DNA of 64,000 bases from Nitrospinales bacterium (GCA_965205835.1 OZ242182.1:1334361-1398360); one strand, 5' to 3'. Numbered from the stretch's first letter, positions 19,927-30,072 are shown. Program-made: numbers and translations. The notes: a model not told the origin generated them from the letters alone.

Positions 19927-21237
19927 ATGAAACAGGCAGCGTGGGTTTTTCTGGTATTTGCGGCAGGGTGTCTTTCAGTAAGTCAGAGTGCAACCTCACT
20001 GGCACACCCCAGAGAGGTTTTAATTATCTTTACTGGCAATCTGCTGGCAGAACTGAAGCCCTGCGGGTGCGACAAGGAAGAAGACCAGGGCGGCATCGAG
20101 CGGCGAATGCAATACCTCAAAGATATGCGTGGCCAGCACCCTCACCTTTTACTTGTCGATACCGGCGACCATTTTAAAGAACCCACACGTCAGGGAAAAC
20201 TGAAAGCTGAAACGCTTCTCATCGCGACGGGGAAAATGCGATACGACGCGGTCGCGCTGGGGGATCGGGACCTGGTCTATGGCTCCAAATTCTTAAAGGA
20301 TCGAGCGCAAATTCCTTGGATAGCTGGAAACCTGATGATCGATCAATTTGAACCCGCCCGGTCAAAGATAAAATCACTGCCAAACGGATTGAAAGTGGGC
20401 ATCCTGGCAGTAGCCGATCCTAGCTTGTTTTATGGTCATGTCGGCCTGAACATTGAAGATCCAAAGCAGACAGCTTTAGATCTGATCACCCGTATGCGCG
20501 AGATAGAAAATCTCGATCTCATTGTTCTTCTCACTCATGCGGAACGACAGGCCGCGCTGGATTACCTGGATATTGATGGAGTCGATATTGTGATCAATGG
20601 ACATATTGCCACCGAATCAGATGTCATCGATATGAAACCAGTGAGGAAAAACGGCAAGCTTTTCGTTCAGTCCTCGTCTCGGGGACAAAAGATGGGGGAA
20701 TTGAGGGTACAGGTTGACCCTGAAGGCCATAAATCTTTGAGTCATAACCTGGTAAAACTGGATTCAAGTGTAAAATCTGATCCCGAAATGGTAGTTTTGT
20801 ACAAACGGTACAATGAAAAGATCGAAGCCATGTTCTTCGAGACTCTGGCCGACAAGCGAAACAAAAGAAAAAAATCCGTTTACGCTGGCGACACCTTATG
20901 CAAAACCTGCCACCCTGCGGAGTACAAAGTGTGGTCGGGTTCGCGTCATGGTCGGGCTTATAACACTTTAAGGAAAATCAACAAGGCGTTTGATCCCGAA
21001 TGTCTGGTTTGCCACGTGGTCGGCTTCAATCTTCCAGGAGGCTTTATCAGCGAACTGGACACACCTGATCTGAAAAACGTCCAATGCGAGGTGTGCCACG
21101 GTCCCGGGCGGGGACACGCATCGGCCCCGCAGCCGGGCTTTGGGAACCAGGCCACAGAAGCCTGCAAGCAGTGCCACGTAAAAAATCACAGCCCGCGTTT
21201 TAATTACGCGAAATATTGGCCAAAAATCAAACATTAA
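19927..21237 (+). CDS. Secreted metallophosphoesterase/5'-nucleotidase-like domain fused to a tetraheme c-type cytochrome
   Basis: Signal peptide and an N-terminal TGN..AELKPCGC....GGIERR...VDTGD segment. Four CxxCH sites near the C-terminus: CKTCH, CLVCH, CEVCH, CKQCH. Confidence 0.75.
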   Translation: MKQAAWVFLVFAAGCLSVSQSATSLAHPREVLIIFTGNLLAELKPCGCDKEEDQGGIERRMQYLKDMRGQHPHLLLVDTGDHFKEPTRQGKLKAETLLIATGKMRYDAVALGDRDLVYGSKFLKDRAQIPWIAGNLMIDQFEPARSKIKSLPNGLKVGILAVADPSLFYGHVGLNIEDPKQTALDLITRMREIENLDLIVLLTHAERQAALDYLDIDGVDIVINGHIATESDVIDMKPVRKNGKLFVQSSSRGQKMGELRVQVDPEGHKSLSHNLVKLDSSVKSDPEMVVLYKRYNEKIEAMFFETLADKRNKRKKSVYAGDTLCKTCHPAEYKVWSGSRHGRAYNTLRKINKAFDPECLVCHVVGFNLPGGFISELDTPDLKNVQCEVCHGPGRGHASAPQPGFGNQATEACKQCHVKNHSPRFNYAKYWPKIKH

Positions 21238-21272
21238 TTGAGTACCCGTTTTAAAAATACAAGGAGTCGTTC

Positions 21273-21899
21273 ATGAAAAAGGTTTCCGCCATTTTACTGG
21301 CTATTTTTTTCTTTTTACCCGGATGGGCTCAGGCTGATGAGAAAATCCGCGGCAAGTATGAAGTGATCGGTGACATCAGCAAGCTCAAAAATGTTAAAAC
21401 GGTCGAGATGGCCGAATTCTTCAATTATTCTTGCGGGCATTGCTACCGGTTCCTGGAAACTTCCAAACGCCTGCGCTCCAAGTTCAAGGACAAGCTTCAT
21501 CATAAAAAGTTTCCCATTTACTGGGGCAACCAAACAGCTTACCCAGCAATGGCATTTTATATCGCCGACGAGCTGGGGCTCGAAGAAGAATTCACCCAGG
21601 AATTGTTTGACACCAGTTTCAAATTGGGTATCGACATTTTCCAACCCAAAGTCATTAACTTTCTGGCCCGTGATTTTAAGATAGACAAGGAGATGGACGA
21701 AGGCATGCGATCTGCTTCCATAAAAGCTAAAACCGACCGTTCGCTGGAACTGGCCAAACAGGTCAAGGCCAATGAGACACCAACGATTATCATTAACAAT
21801 GTCCTGAAAGTGGCACCGAGTATGACCCATGGAAGCACCGACGAGATGACCGACAATCTGGAAATAATTTTCGCAGACATTTTGAAGAATAATAGTTGA
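21273..21899 (+). CDS. DsbA-family thiol:disulfide oxidoreductase (secreted)
   Basis: Signal peptide and thioredoxin-fold active site FFNYSCGHCYRF. C-terminal TPTIIIN (cis-Pro loop). Confidence 0.8.
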   Translation: MKKVSAILLAIFFFLPGWAQADEKIRGKYEVIGDISKLKNVKTVEMAEFFNYSCGHCYRFLETSKRLRSKFKDKLHHKKFPIYWGNQTAYPAMAFYIADELGLEEEFTQELFDTSFKLGIDIFQPKVINFLARDFKIDKEMDEGMRSASIKAKTDRSLELAKQVKANETPTIIINNVLKVAPSMTHGSTDEMTDNLEIIFADILKNNS

Positions 21900-21950
21900 T
21901 TTTTAGGCTATCTTCGCCTACAACTTCAGCCCCGCTCTAAAAATCTAAAA

Positions 21951-23519
21951 ATGCGCCCGAATAAAACCTTGAGAAAATATTCATTTTGCCTAGTGGCAGG
22001 GGTTTTTGCTCTTCTATGCTTGCCTCATATCAATATTCTGGGCTCCGCTAGCTTTAAGAGAACAGCTAACGCAGGTTTTTTTAACAGCGATCTGGAAATA
22101 TTTGAAGAGGTCGTGGATTTGGTTTCAGAAAAGTATGTCTACCCTCCTGACCATAAAAAACTATTTTCTGCCGCGATTGAAGGAATGATTAAGGACGCGG
22201 ACTCCAAGTTTGTGACACTCCGCAAAAACTCCAGCATCAATACCGTAAGGTATAAGAATCAAGACACCCAATATAAACTGACTTATGATAAAAGCCACAA
22301 TTGGGACGAACTCCAGAAAGTTTATTATTTTCTCCACGGCCAGTCTAACAAAGCCATTCCCATGAAAAATCTGGAAAACTCAGCTATTGCGGGAATTATG
22401 AGTTCGCTTGACACCTATTCCCAATTTATGAACAAGGACTCCTTTAAAAAGTCCATGCGCGAAACAGAAGGAAAGTATGGCGGTTTGGGGATGGTGATCA
22501 CCATGAAAGATAACAAGCTGTTTGTGGCCAAAACCATGGCAAACTCACCGGCTGAAAGAGCTGGAATTCTTGCCAATGATTCATTCGTGAGTGTGAACGG
22601 TAAGGAAATCGCCGGGATACATATTGAAGAACTCGCCAATCTGCTTCGAGGATACCCTGAAACTAAGGTCACCCTCACCCTTTTGCGGCCGAGCGAAAAA
22701 AGAGGCCGAACCTACACCCTCACTCGGAGAATCATTTTAATCAACACCGTTGAATATAAAGCACTCGACAACCAGATCGGTTATTTAAAGATCAGTAGTT
22801 TTTCCAAGCAAACAGAGAAACAATTGAAAACAGGTTTGAAGCAAGCTGAAAAAAATAGCACGAAAGGATTCATTCTGGACTTGCGTGAAAATCCGGGCGG
22901 ACTGCTTACCCAATCGGTAAAAGTGGCCAGTCATTTCCTTTTCAAGGGACGAATGGTTCTTTATACCCAAGGCCGAGGGGGAGACAATTACCACGAGTAC
23001 CGCAGCTTATACGAAGACAGTCTGTATCAAGTCCCGGTTGCAATTCTCATTAATCAATACAGCGCCAGCGCATCAGAAATTGTCGCCGGGGCATTGCGGG
23101 ATTCAGGAAAGGCCCTGATCATTGGTGAAAATTCCTACGGCAAAGGTTCCGTGCAAACCATCTTCAGATTAAGCGATGGTTCGGGGCTACGCCTCACCAC
23201 TTCCAAATATTACACACCTTCGGGAATCGACATTACCAAACATGGTATTATTCCGGAAATTCATATCATCAATGATGTCGCGGGGGAAGAGGTTCAGAAA
23301 GAAGGTCAGAGACTGGACAAGACCAGCCTTATAAAATCTTCGCTGACCTTAAAAGCATCCAGTCTCAATAAGTTTTTTGAAAAACAGGGTATTACTTTGA
23401 GCGCGGAACACGATTCAACCGTGGAACTGGCCCTCCGTATTTTGAAAGACACTACCGTTATCAGCAAAAAACGGTCTATGGAAAAAGCCCGTGAAATTGC
23501 CGCCAATATTAACTATTAG
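21951..23519 (+). CDS. S41 family C-terminal processing peptidase
   Basis: PDZ segment (GGLGMVI...PAERAGI..ND), then GFILDLRENPGG, SASASEIVAGAL and GKGSVQT, the hallmark motifs of Ctp/Prc-type peptidases. Confidence 0.88.
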   Translation: MRPNKTLRKYSFCLVAGVFALLCLPHINILGSASFKRTANAGFFNSDLEIFEEVVDLVSEKYVYPPDHKKLFSAAIEGMIKDADSKFVTLRKNSSINTVRYKNQDTQYKLTYDKSHNWDELQKVYYFLHGQSNKAIPMKNLENSAIAGIMSSLDTYSQFMNKDSFKKSMRETEGKYGGLGMVITMKDNKLFVAKTMANSPAERAGILANDSFVSVNGKEIAGIHIEELANLLRGYPETKVTLTLLRPSEKRGRTYTLTRRIILINTVEYKALDNQIGYLKISSFSKQTEKQLKTGLKQAEKNSTKGFILDLRENPGGLLTQSVKVASHFLFKGRMVLYTQGRGGDNYHEYRSLYEDSLYQVPVAILINQYSASASEIVAGALRDSGKALIIGENSYGKGSVQTIFRLSDGSGLRLTTSKYYTPSGIDITKHGIIPEIHIINDVAGEEVQKEGQRLDKTSLIKSSLTLKASSLNKFFEKQGITLSAEHDSTVELALRILKDTTVISKKRSMEKAREIAANINY

Positions 23520-23549
23520 TCAAACATTAAGATTTAAGAGGGCGCAGAA

Positions 23550-23792
23550 ATGAACATCATCAATATCGACTACGAAAAAGGAACCGTTCAAAGTGATTTT
23601 TTCCATTGGAAAATTGTTTCGAATAACAACAACAAATTTCTCCTTTTGCAGCGGGAAGATAACGGGCGATTTCACGCCGCGGAAGCGGATGTCAAAATGA
23701 AACAAATCTGGGAAGTTAAGGAAATAAACTACCGCGGACCAAACGGTGACACCTTTTTTTATGATGAAGACAGCGGCATCATCAAAGTCTAA
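23550..23792 (+). CDS. Hypothetical small protein
   Basis: 80-aa ORF, ATG with GAGGG upstream. I recognise no family. Confidence 0.4.
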   Translation: MNIINIDYEKGTVQSDFFHWKIVSNNNNKFLLLQREDNGRFHAAEADVKMKQIWEVKEINYRGPNGDTFFYDEDSGIIKV

Positions 23793-23818
23793 CCAAGCCA
23801 GGCCCGGTGAAGATCACT

Positions 23819-23860
23819 TCCCTCCCTTCATAGGAGGAGGACTGAGGGAGGGTTTGATTT
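23819..23860. terminator. Candidate bidirectional hairpin terminator between convergent genes
   Basis: CCCTCCCT (about 23820) pairs with AGGGAGGG (about 23845), followed by TTTGATTTT. It overlaps a copy of the GAAGGGAGGGAA repeat module. Confidence 0.35.
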
Positions 23861-23939
23861 TCTCCCAAAGCATATCAGGATATCCCTCAAACCAAAACAG
23901 AATCAGATAAACAGTAAAGACTCCTTCCTCGCCAGAGTA

Positions 23940-24500
23940 TTATTCCGATTGGAATATGCGTAAGGATTTCAGGTGAGCCAAGGAGGCTCTGAGAGTTTCT
24001 TTTGTTTTTCCAGCCAAGAAGTTTCCCCTTAAATCAAGTTTCTTCAATTTAGGAAAGTTTTTCGAACTCGCCATGGCCAAAGCACCCGCATCCCGGACTT
24101 CATTCCACCCCAACTGTAATGCCTCCAAATTAGGAAAGCTGGAAGAATTGGCGAAAGCCAATGTGCCTTCATCTGAAAAAAAATTATGTCTCAAGATCAA
24201 TATTTTGAGTTTCGGTAAAGGTGGGGCTTGAGCTAGAATTTTGGCTCCCTTGGGACTGATGTCATTGTATCTCAGGTCGAGCTTTTCAAGTTTTTTTATG
24301 AGGTCCTGTTCGAGAAGAATTTTCAGGCCATCATCTCCTACATTTTTCCTCGAGAGGTTTAAAACATTGCCTCCTCTCGACAGGTTTTCGGTAAAGAGTT
24401 TCTCATAATCCACCGGCCCGGATAAATCGATTTGAGCCTCACCCCAATTCACTGGCAGGAAAAAGAACATAAACAGAAAAATAAACTTTAGCTTCGGCAT
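23940..24500 (-). CDS. Secreted leucine-rich repeat protein (RNI/ribonuclease-inhibitor-like repeats)
   Basis: Signal peptide, then repeats of about 28 aa: L..L.L..N.I...GA..LA......L..L.L. Confidence 0.8.
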   Translation of the reverse strand: MPKLKFIFLFMFFFLPVNWGEAQIDLSGPVDYEKLFTENLSRGGNVLNLSRKNVGDDGLKILLEQDLIKKLEKLDLRYNDISPKGAKILAQAPPLPKLKILILRHNFFSDEGTLAFANSSSFPNLEALQLGWNEVRDAGALAMASSKNFPKLKKLDLRGNFLAGKTKETLRASLAHLKSLRIFQSE

Positions 24501-24508
24501 TGGAAAGA

Positions 24509-25150
24509 TTAATCCTCTGAGTCCATGTCCCTGGTAGCCCGGGCTTTGAGTTCTTCCCAGCTATTGATCAAGTCTTCGTCATCCTCATCCGTAACCTCTT
24601 CGTAATAAAAGTCCTTCAGTTCATCCACATGAAGATGGCAAAGTCGGGTGCGGCATTTTGCTTTTTGTAGCGATTCAATTCCTTCACGCCGAATTCGGTT
24701 TGAGGTAATAAACAAGTGTTTCAGTTTTGAAAGCGTCCGGGATTCAGCAATGGCGATGGCCCCTTCATCTTCAACCAAATTACCATAAAGACTGAGTTTT
24801 TTCAGGTTGCTCATATGGGGAGATTCGGCTATCGCCTTGACTCCATCATCGCTGATAACATTGCCATAAATATCCAAATCCGTCAGGTGTCTGAAGTTTT
24901 CCGAGCCGGCAATCGCTGTAGCTCCTTCGTCGCTGATATTATTGTTAGGTAGAATTAATTTTTTCAGTCGGCGAAGGCTCTTGGATGTGGACAACGCGAT
25001 GGCCCCTTTATCCCCAATATTCTGATTACTCAAATCGAGAGATTTTTTATCTGAAGTTAAAAACTGCTTGATAAGGTATTCAACGCTTGCCACAAGCCAC
25101 CACCTCTTCACATGTTTAAAGGGGAGATTTAGATGTTCATTGTAGCACAT
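24509..25150 (-). CDS. Leucine-rich repeat protein (RNI-like), paralog of the adjacent gene
   Basis: Repeats of about 28 aa (LKKL.L..N.ISDEGA.AIA.S...) and an acidic C-terminal tail. Lies 8 nt upstream of 23940..24500 on the same strand. The exact start is uncertain. Confidence 0.78.
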   Translation of the reverse strand: MCYNEHLNLPFKHVKRWWLVASVEYLIKQFLTSDKKSLDLSNQNIGDKGAIALSTSKSLRRLKKLILPNNNISDEGATAIAGSENFRHLTDLDIYGNVISDDGVKAIAESPHMSNLKKLSLYGNLVEDEGAIAIAESRTLSKLKHLFITSNRIRREGIESLQKAKCRTRLCHLHVDELKDFYYEEVTDEDDEDLINSWEELKARATRDMDSED

Positions 25151-25200
25151 CCCTATCCGGCTTTAACCAGCGAGTATGACATATCGGAACAGGACAGCGT

Positions 25201-26511
25201 TCAGGATTTCAGGAATTGCTCCTCCACCAGAGCAACTTCTTCTTCTCTGGAGTTCACCCTGCCCATCACCCGAGCTTCTCGAAGCGCATTGAGCACAGAC
25301 TGGAAAACCGGACCGGGTTTTAGTCCCATTTTCACTAGATCGTCTCCTGTCAATGCAAGCTCCGCCTTGCCCTCGTACCGGGTAAAATAAATGCTCGCAT
25401 ACTGATTGAGCCGATCCGTGGAAGACAATGCGATCAAAAAAATAACCGCCTCAATAGAAAGGTTAGCAAAGGTATAGTAAATCTCCTCCGGACCCCACTC
25501 ATTTTGGGACACCAGCCGATCCAAACTTTCTCGACAACGAGTTCTATCCTCTTGCAGGGAGTTTTTCATACGTGTTGGCAAATGTAGACGGTCTGCCGCT
25601 TTTAAAAACGCTTCTTCCTTCAGAGAATAAAACAGCCCCAGAAAATAGACGTACCAGATTTCCGGTTTTCCAGAAGCAATGATCCTATCCGCCAAAGGGA
25701 ATAGCGACTCCAGCCTTTCAAGGATCTCAAGGTCTTTTGGGGCTTTCAACATTTCCGGGGAAACAAACTGAAACAGGTCGAACTCTCGTGCCCTGCGTAT
25801 GCAATCCATCGGGCTTGGCTCACTGAGCAATAGCTTGATCTCGTTAAACAAACGTGTTCCGCTTAAAGAATCAATCGAACGCTGTTCAATGGCGTTTTGC
25901 ATTAAAACCTCATCCTGCTTGCCTATTTTAAAACCAAATCTCTGTTCAAACCGTATGGCTCTGAACAACCTGCAGGAATCATCAATAAAACTCAAACTAT
26001 GTAGAACATGGATTTCCCTGCTTCTTAAATCATTTTCGCCATTAAAAAAATCGATCAGACAAAACGAATCAGGATCAGTCAGCTTAACTGCCATACTGTT
26101 TATGGTGAAGTCACGCCGGAAAAGATCTGACTTGACCGAACTTTTTTTCACTGTGGGCAAGGCACCAGGATATTCGTAATATTCCTTACGTGCAGTGGCT
26201 ACATCTATGCGATTGCCATCGGGAAAAATAACAACAGATGTCCCAAATTTTTCATGCGATTTAACACTACCACCATATTCATCTCTCAGGCAGATCGCAA
26301 AAGGGATTCCATCCCCTTCAATAACGATATCAATATCATGGCTAGGAATATTTAAAAGCAAGTCTCTCACGAAACCTCCAACCACATAAACAGATACTCC
26401 CAGGCGATCTCCTGTCTGGGCAATACGTTCAAGAAGCTGGAATACATCCTCGTCCAGCCTTTCTTTAATCAGGCTATTCATTCGCCCTTGATCTCCTTTT
26501 CTAATCAGCAC
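25201..26511 (-). CDS. tRNA nucleotidyltransferase/poly(A) polymerase family protein (CCA-adding-like)
   Basis: VVGGFVRDLLL....HDIDIV (the GG.VRD...D.D polymerase-beta motif) and RRDFTINSMA. The start could instead be the MNSLIKE methionine at 26481. Confidence 0.85.
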   Translation of the reverse strand: MLIRKGDQGRMNSLIKERLDEDVFQLLERIAQTGDRLGVSVYVVGGFVRDLLLNIPSHDIDIVIEGDGIPFAICLRDEYGGSVKSHEKFGTSVVIFPDGNRIDVATARKEYYEYPGALPTVKKSSVKSDLFRRDFTINSMAVKLTDPDSFCLIDFFNGENDLRSREIHVLHSLSFIDDSCRLFRAIRFEQRFGFKIGKQDEVLMQNAIEQRSIDSLSGTRLFNEIKLLLSEPSPMDCIRRAREFDLFQFVSPEMLKAPKDLEILERLESLFPLADRIIASGKPEIWYVYFLGLFYSLKEEAFLKAADRLHLPTRMKNSLQEDRTRCRESLDRLVSQNEWGPEEIYYTFANLSIEAVIFLIALSSTDRLNQYASIYFTRYEGKAELALTGDDLVKMGLKPGPVFQSVLNALREARVMGRVNSREEEVALVEEQFLKS

Positions 26512-26558
26512 GCATAATACGAGTTTATCCTATTGCATCTGGATAAGGAAAGGCGATT

Positions 26559-27095
26559 CTACTGGCTAAATTTGATCCTGCTATCTGAGGTGCCCACATG
26601 AATCTGGCTGGCAAAAGGAAGGCTTTGGGGAAGGGTGCAAATATTGTTGTCGCAGGCTCGGTAAAACAGCTCCCCGTTTATGGAGTGGTTTCCCGGCTTG
26701 GCATTTTTGGGCACGCGAAAACTGTTATGAAACTCCGCAGTGCTAACATGACCTTTGACCAGTTTTTCTTGTGCCTCATCCTGAATCAGGCGGGCTGGAG
26801 ATTCCTGCCAGCGCTCCTGGCTTTCGAAAATATTACCCTCAAGAATAATTTGAGTTGCCAGCATCTCATTGCCATCCAAAGGTTGCAGGGAATAAATATG
26901 CCAGCCCTCCTCAATCAGGGCAGACAGATATAATTTGAAACGGTCACCCGAGTAGACAGGGTCTTTGTCAGTCACAATGAACAATCTTATCTTGGGGCCG
27001 GATGGGGTACTTGGGGCTGAAAACGGAATGGATTCTGCGAATATAGAAACCGGAACAATCATTCCAGCCAGAATAAAAATTAGTATCCTGATCAT
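26559..27095 (-). CDS. DsbD N-terminal-domain-like (DsbD-alpha/DsbC-type) periplasmic protein
   Basis: Signal peptide, GWHIYS motif and C-terminal YRACDNNICTLP, as in the thiol:disulfide interchange protein DsbD N-terminal domain family. Confidence 0.65.
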   Translation of the reverse strand: MIRILIFILAGMIVPVSIFAESIPFSAPSTPSGPKIRLFIVTDKDPVYSGDRFKLYLSALIEEGWHIYSLQPLDGNEMLATQIILEGNIFESQERWQESPARLIQDEAQEKLVKGHVSTAEFHNSFRVPKNAKPGNHSINGELFYRACDNNICTLPQSLPFASQIHVGTSDSRIKFSQ

Positions 27096-27112
27096 GGCAA
27101 GGGGATAAAAAG

Positions 27113-28198
27113 CTATCGGTTCAACTTAGCTTCGGTTCGGGTAGAGGAGAGATATTTTTCTATAACATGGACAAACTTTTCTTCTGACACCGCGCCGGAA
27201 AACATTTCGCCGGAAACGGTTCTGGTTTCCGGATCGTAGGCCCCCAAAATAAAAGTCGGAGTTCCCTGAATTCCCAACTCAACTCCTTCACGGATATCGT
27301 TTTGCACTCGCTCTGCATATTTTCCGTTTCGCCAGCAAAACTCAAAATCCCGCATATCTTCGATTCCCGAAAGCCTAGCCAGTCCTATAACTTCCCTATC
27401 CTTCGCAGCGTTGGAAATATTTTTATATAAAAGATCATGGAGCTCCCAGAATTTATTTTGGTCCCTGGCACATTCAACAGCCTGGGCCATCCCTTGGGCT
27501 TCTTTATGAAAGGGTAGTGGAAAATGGCGGTAGCCAAACTGAACCTCATTAGAGTAGCGTTTTCTAAGTTTTTGCAGAGTACCTTGTACCCGCTTACAGA
27601 ACGGACATTGGAAGTCAGAATATTCCAACACAAAAACCCGCCGGGGTGAAGGGGTTTTTTCCTCCGTCCACACCATGGCTGTACCGAGCCCTGCAACCAA
27701 ATGAAAATCATTGGGAGGCGTCAAATAAACCTTGACCCAACCCTGCCGCACCGCATGCTGATATTGCTGTTCGACATGAACCTGCCGGAAGCTTTTTTTT
27801 AGATAATCGCGGATTTCAGCACTTACCTGAGAAAGGTTTCTTATTCCCTTAATGCCTGGAGTGCTTTCATAGAACTGTTTGATTTCCGCTTCCGTCACCT
27901 CGGGGGGCTTTTCCGCAACCAGATCAGGATGCTTTTCCGCAAGCTTATCGAGAATCTTTTCTTTCAAGGCGCGGGCCTGCATTTCATGCAGTTGATTGAG
28001 GGCTTCCTGGATACGGATATGCTTGAGGTCATCGAGATAAACAGGCTTCCCATCCACTTCCGCAACTATCGGGTTATTCGAGTAAACAGGATTTTGGATT
28101 GAGTCTGCAAACACTTCAGCAGCCCCGACGACACAAAGCAAAAAGGAAACTGCCAATATTTTCTTAACTACTAATTTGCCAGAAAAGAGAATACACAT
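27113..28198 (-). CDS. Periplasmic DsbA/thioredoxin-fold oxidoreductase with an N-terminal chaperone-like region
   Basis: YSDFQCPFCKR active site and GTPTFILG cis-Pro loop, with a signal/anchor sequence. Lies 17 nt upstream of the DsbD-N-like gene. Confidence 0.8.
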   Translation of the reverse strand: MCILFSGKLVVKKILAVSFLLCVVGAAEVFADSIQNPVYSNNPIVAEVDGKPVYLDDLKHIRIQEALNQLHEMQARALKEKILDKLAEKHPDLVAEKPPEVTEAEIKQFYESTPGIKGIRNLSQVSAEIRDYLKKSFRQVHVEQQYQHAVRQGWVKVYLTPPNDFHLVAGLGTAMVWTEEKTPSPRRVFVLEYSDFQCPFCKRVQGTLQKLRKRYSNEVQFGYRHFPLPFHKEAQGMAQAVECARDQNKFWELHDLLYKNISNAAKDREVIGLARLSGIEDMRDFEFCWRNGKYAERVQNDIREGVELGIQGTPTFILGAYDPETRTVSGEMFSGAVSEEKFVHVIEKYLSSTRTEAKLNR

Positions 28199-28457
28199 AT
28201 GAATTTTATAAAAGAAAGGAAAAGCCCTTATCGAAGAGTCATGGACAGTTTGTATGATCCAGAAACTGACCGTATAGTGCTATTATTCCTCAATCCGACC
28301 TAAAAACGCAATCCATTTGTTTGCGTTCAGGGTTACCTTAAAAAAGTGCTTTTCCGCCTGACTCAACCCTCTCGCCAAGGCGGGGTGAAAAAACATAAAT
28401 AGCTGTTTCGGGGGAGTCTTCTCTCTGACGAAGTTCGGCTCTTTGATTTTTGCCTGA

Positions 28458-29345
28458 CTATTCAGGGTTGAGGAACTTATGGCAGTTTTCAGCCAATTGC
28501 AAGAAGGCTTTAGCGGCTACGGAATCCGGACGAGACAAAACAACAGGCTGCCCGCTATCGGAATTGGCGACAATCTCCCCATCAAGGGGAATGCTGCCCA
28601 GATAGGGCAATACCAGTTCCTCGGCTAATTCTTTTCCTCCGCCTTTTTTGAACACATCGATTTTCTCATTACAATGCGGGCAGGACATCGTGCTCATATT
28701 TTCAATCACCCCCACTATGGGGACATTGCTGTCGCGGGCGAAAGAGATCATTTTCCGAGCATCCAGAATCGCCAGATCCTGAGGGGTTGTGACCACCACA
28801 GCACCATCGACCTCACCAATAAAGTCGATGATGGTAATTTGCTCATTTCCGGTACCGGGAGGAAGGTCGAACAGGAGATAATCCAACGGACCCCAGTTTA
28901 TATTTCCCAGCAACTCAATAATGAAGTCATACTTAACGGCATCCCTCCAGGCAATATGCATATTGGGGTCTTCAATGAGAAATCCTAATGAAGCCACTTT
29001 TAGACCATTCTTAGTTTCGTAAGGGTCGATCCCTGTATCCGTGGCTTTCAACCGAACATCCTCGGCCTGCAATAATTTAGGAATGTTGGGACCGTGAAGG
29101 TCAGCATCTGCCAGTCCCACAGCAAAGCCTTGTTCCACCAAGGCAATAGCAAGATTGGTGGTTACAGTACTTTTGCCGACACCGCCTTTGTTGCTACCTA
29201 CAATAAGCTTGTGCTTGATGTCATTCATCCGATGGTTGACAAGCCAGCGGTTGTGTTCATTTTTATCGGCTTTGCAGTCGGTCTCATTATTGAACTCACA
29301 CATTTCACAAGTGTGGAGGAGCCGACATTCTCCTGTAACTACCAT
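28458..29345 (-). CDS. Mrp/NBP35 (ApbC) family Fe-S cluster carrier ATPase
   Basis: Deviant Walker A SNKGGVGKST, DADLHGPNIP, and the conserved MSCPHC (CxxC) motif. Confidence 0.88.
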   Translation of the reverse strand: MVVTGECRLLHTCEMCEFNNETDCKADKNEHNRWLVNHRMNDIKHKLIVGSNKGGVGKSTVTTNLAIALVEQGFAVGLADADLHGPNIPKLLQAEDVRLKATDTGIDPYETKNGLKVASLGFLIEDPNMHIAWRDAVKYDFIIELLGNINWGPLDYLLFDLPPGTGNEQITIIDFIGEVDGAVVVTTPQDLAILDARKMISFARDSNVPIVGVIENMSTMSCPHCNEKIDVFKKGGGKELAEELVLPYLGSIPLDGEIVANSDSGQPVVLSRPDSVAAKAFLQLAENCHKFLNPE

Positions 29346-29612
29346 CTAAACCTCCTGAAAAAACATATTTGGACGCACGGCCTCTTATTCCAAACGAGCT
29401 CCATGGGGATTATGAAACTGAATGCTAGAGGTTATGGAACTCGGATTACGATGTCAAGGGAAATAGGCAAAAACACTAATACCTGCCAGAGATTTCAGTT
29501 TTTTCTGAAACTTTTTCGCTTTTATTAAACCCGATTCTAAGGTATCCTGCGGACCCATCAAATCAAAGCAGTAAAAAAAAATCACCTCTGTAATATAAGG
29601 AGCACAGAAAAA

Positions 29613-30026
29613 ATGAGAACCATCTACTCAAAGCTGATTATGCTGTTTGTCTTCCTTCTCATCACTGTGGCAACCAGTGCTTTCGCTGGTAACGCCGTGA
29701 TGATCACCGATCCTCCCAACGGTGCTACAGTCTCAAACCCGGTAAAAGTTTGCATGGCCACAGAAGGGGTTGAAGTGCAACCAGCTAAAAAAGGGGTTAA
29801 CGAGGGCAAAGGCCATCATCACATTATTGTCGATATGAGCCTGCCAGAAGATCTGAGCAAGCCGATTGGAAAAGACGCGAATCACATCCATATGGGTGAT
29901 GGTTCCACCTGTAAGGAAATTAAACTTTCTGCGGGCGAGCACACCATCCACACCCTGTTTGCCAAAGGCAATCACGTCCCCTACGATCCGGCTTTGACCG
30001 CAACGGTGAAGATTAACGTCAAGTAA
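29613..30026 (+). CDS. DUF4399 domain secreted protein
   Basis: Signal peptide, GHHHIIVD and a second H-rich block. 137 aa. Confidence 0.7.
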   Translation: MRTIYSKLIMLFVFLLITVATSAFAGNAVMITDPPNGATVSNPVKVCMATEGVEVQPAKKGVNEGKGHHHIIVDMSLPEDLSKPIGKDANHIHMGDGSTCKEIKLSAGEHTIHTLFAKGNHVPYDPALTATVKINVK

Positions 30027-30034
30027 AAACCCTG

Positions 30035-30072
30035 AAAAATCCGGACCGGCCTCAAAGTCGGCCCGGATTTTT
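30035..30072 (+). terminator. Rho-independent terminator
   Basis: AAAAATCCGGaCCG / CGGcCCGGATTTTT hairpin with a 7-nt loop and a T-run, 9 nt after the stop codon at 30026. Confidence 0.6.
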
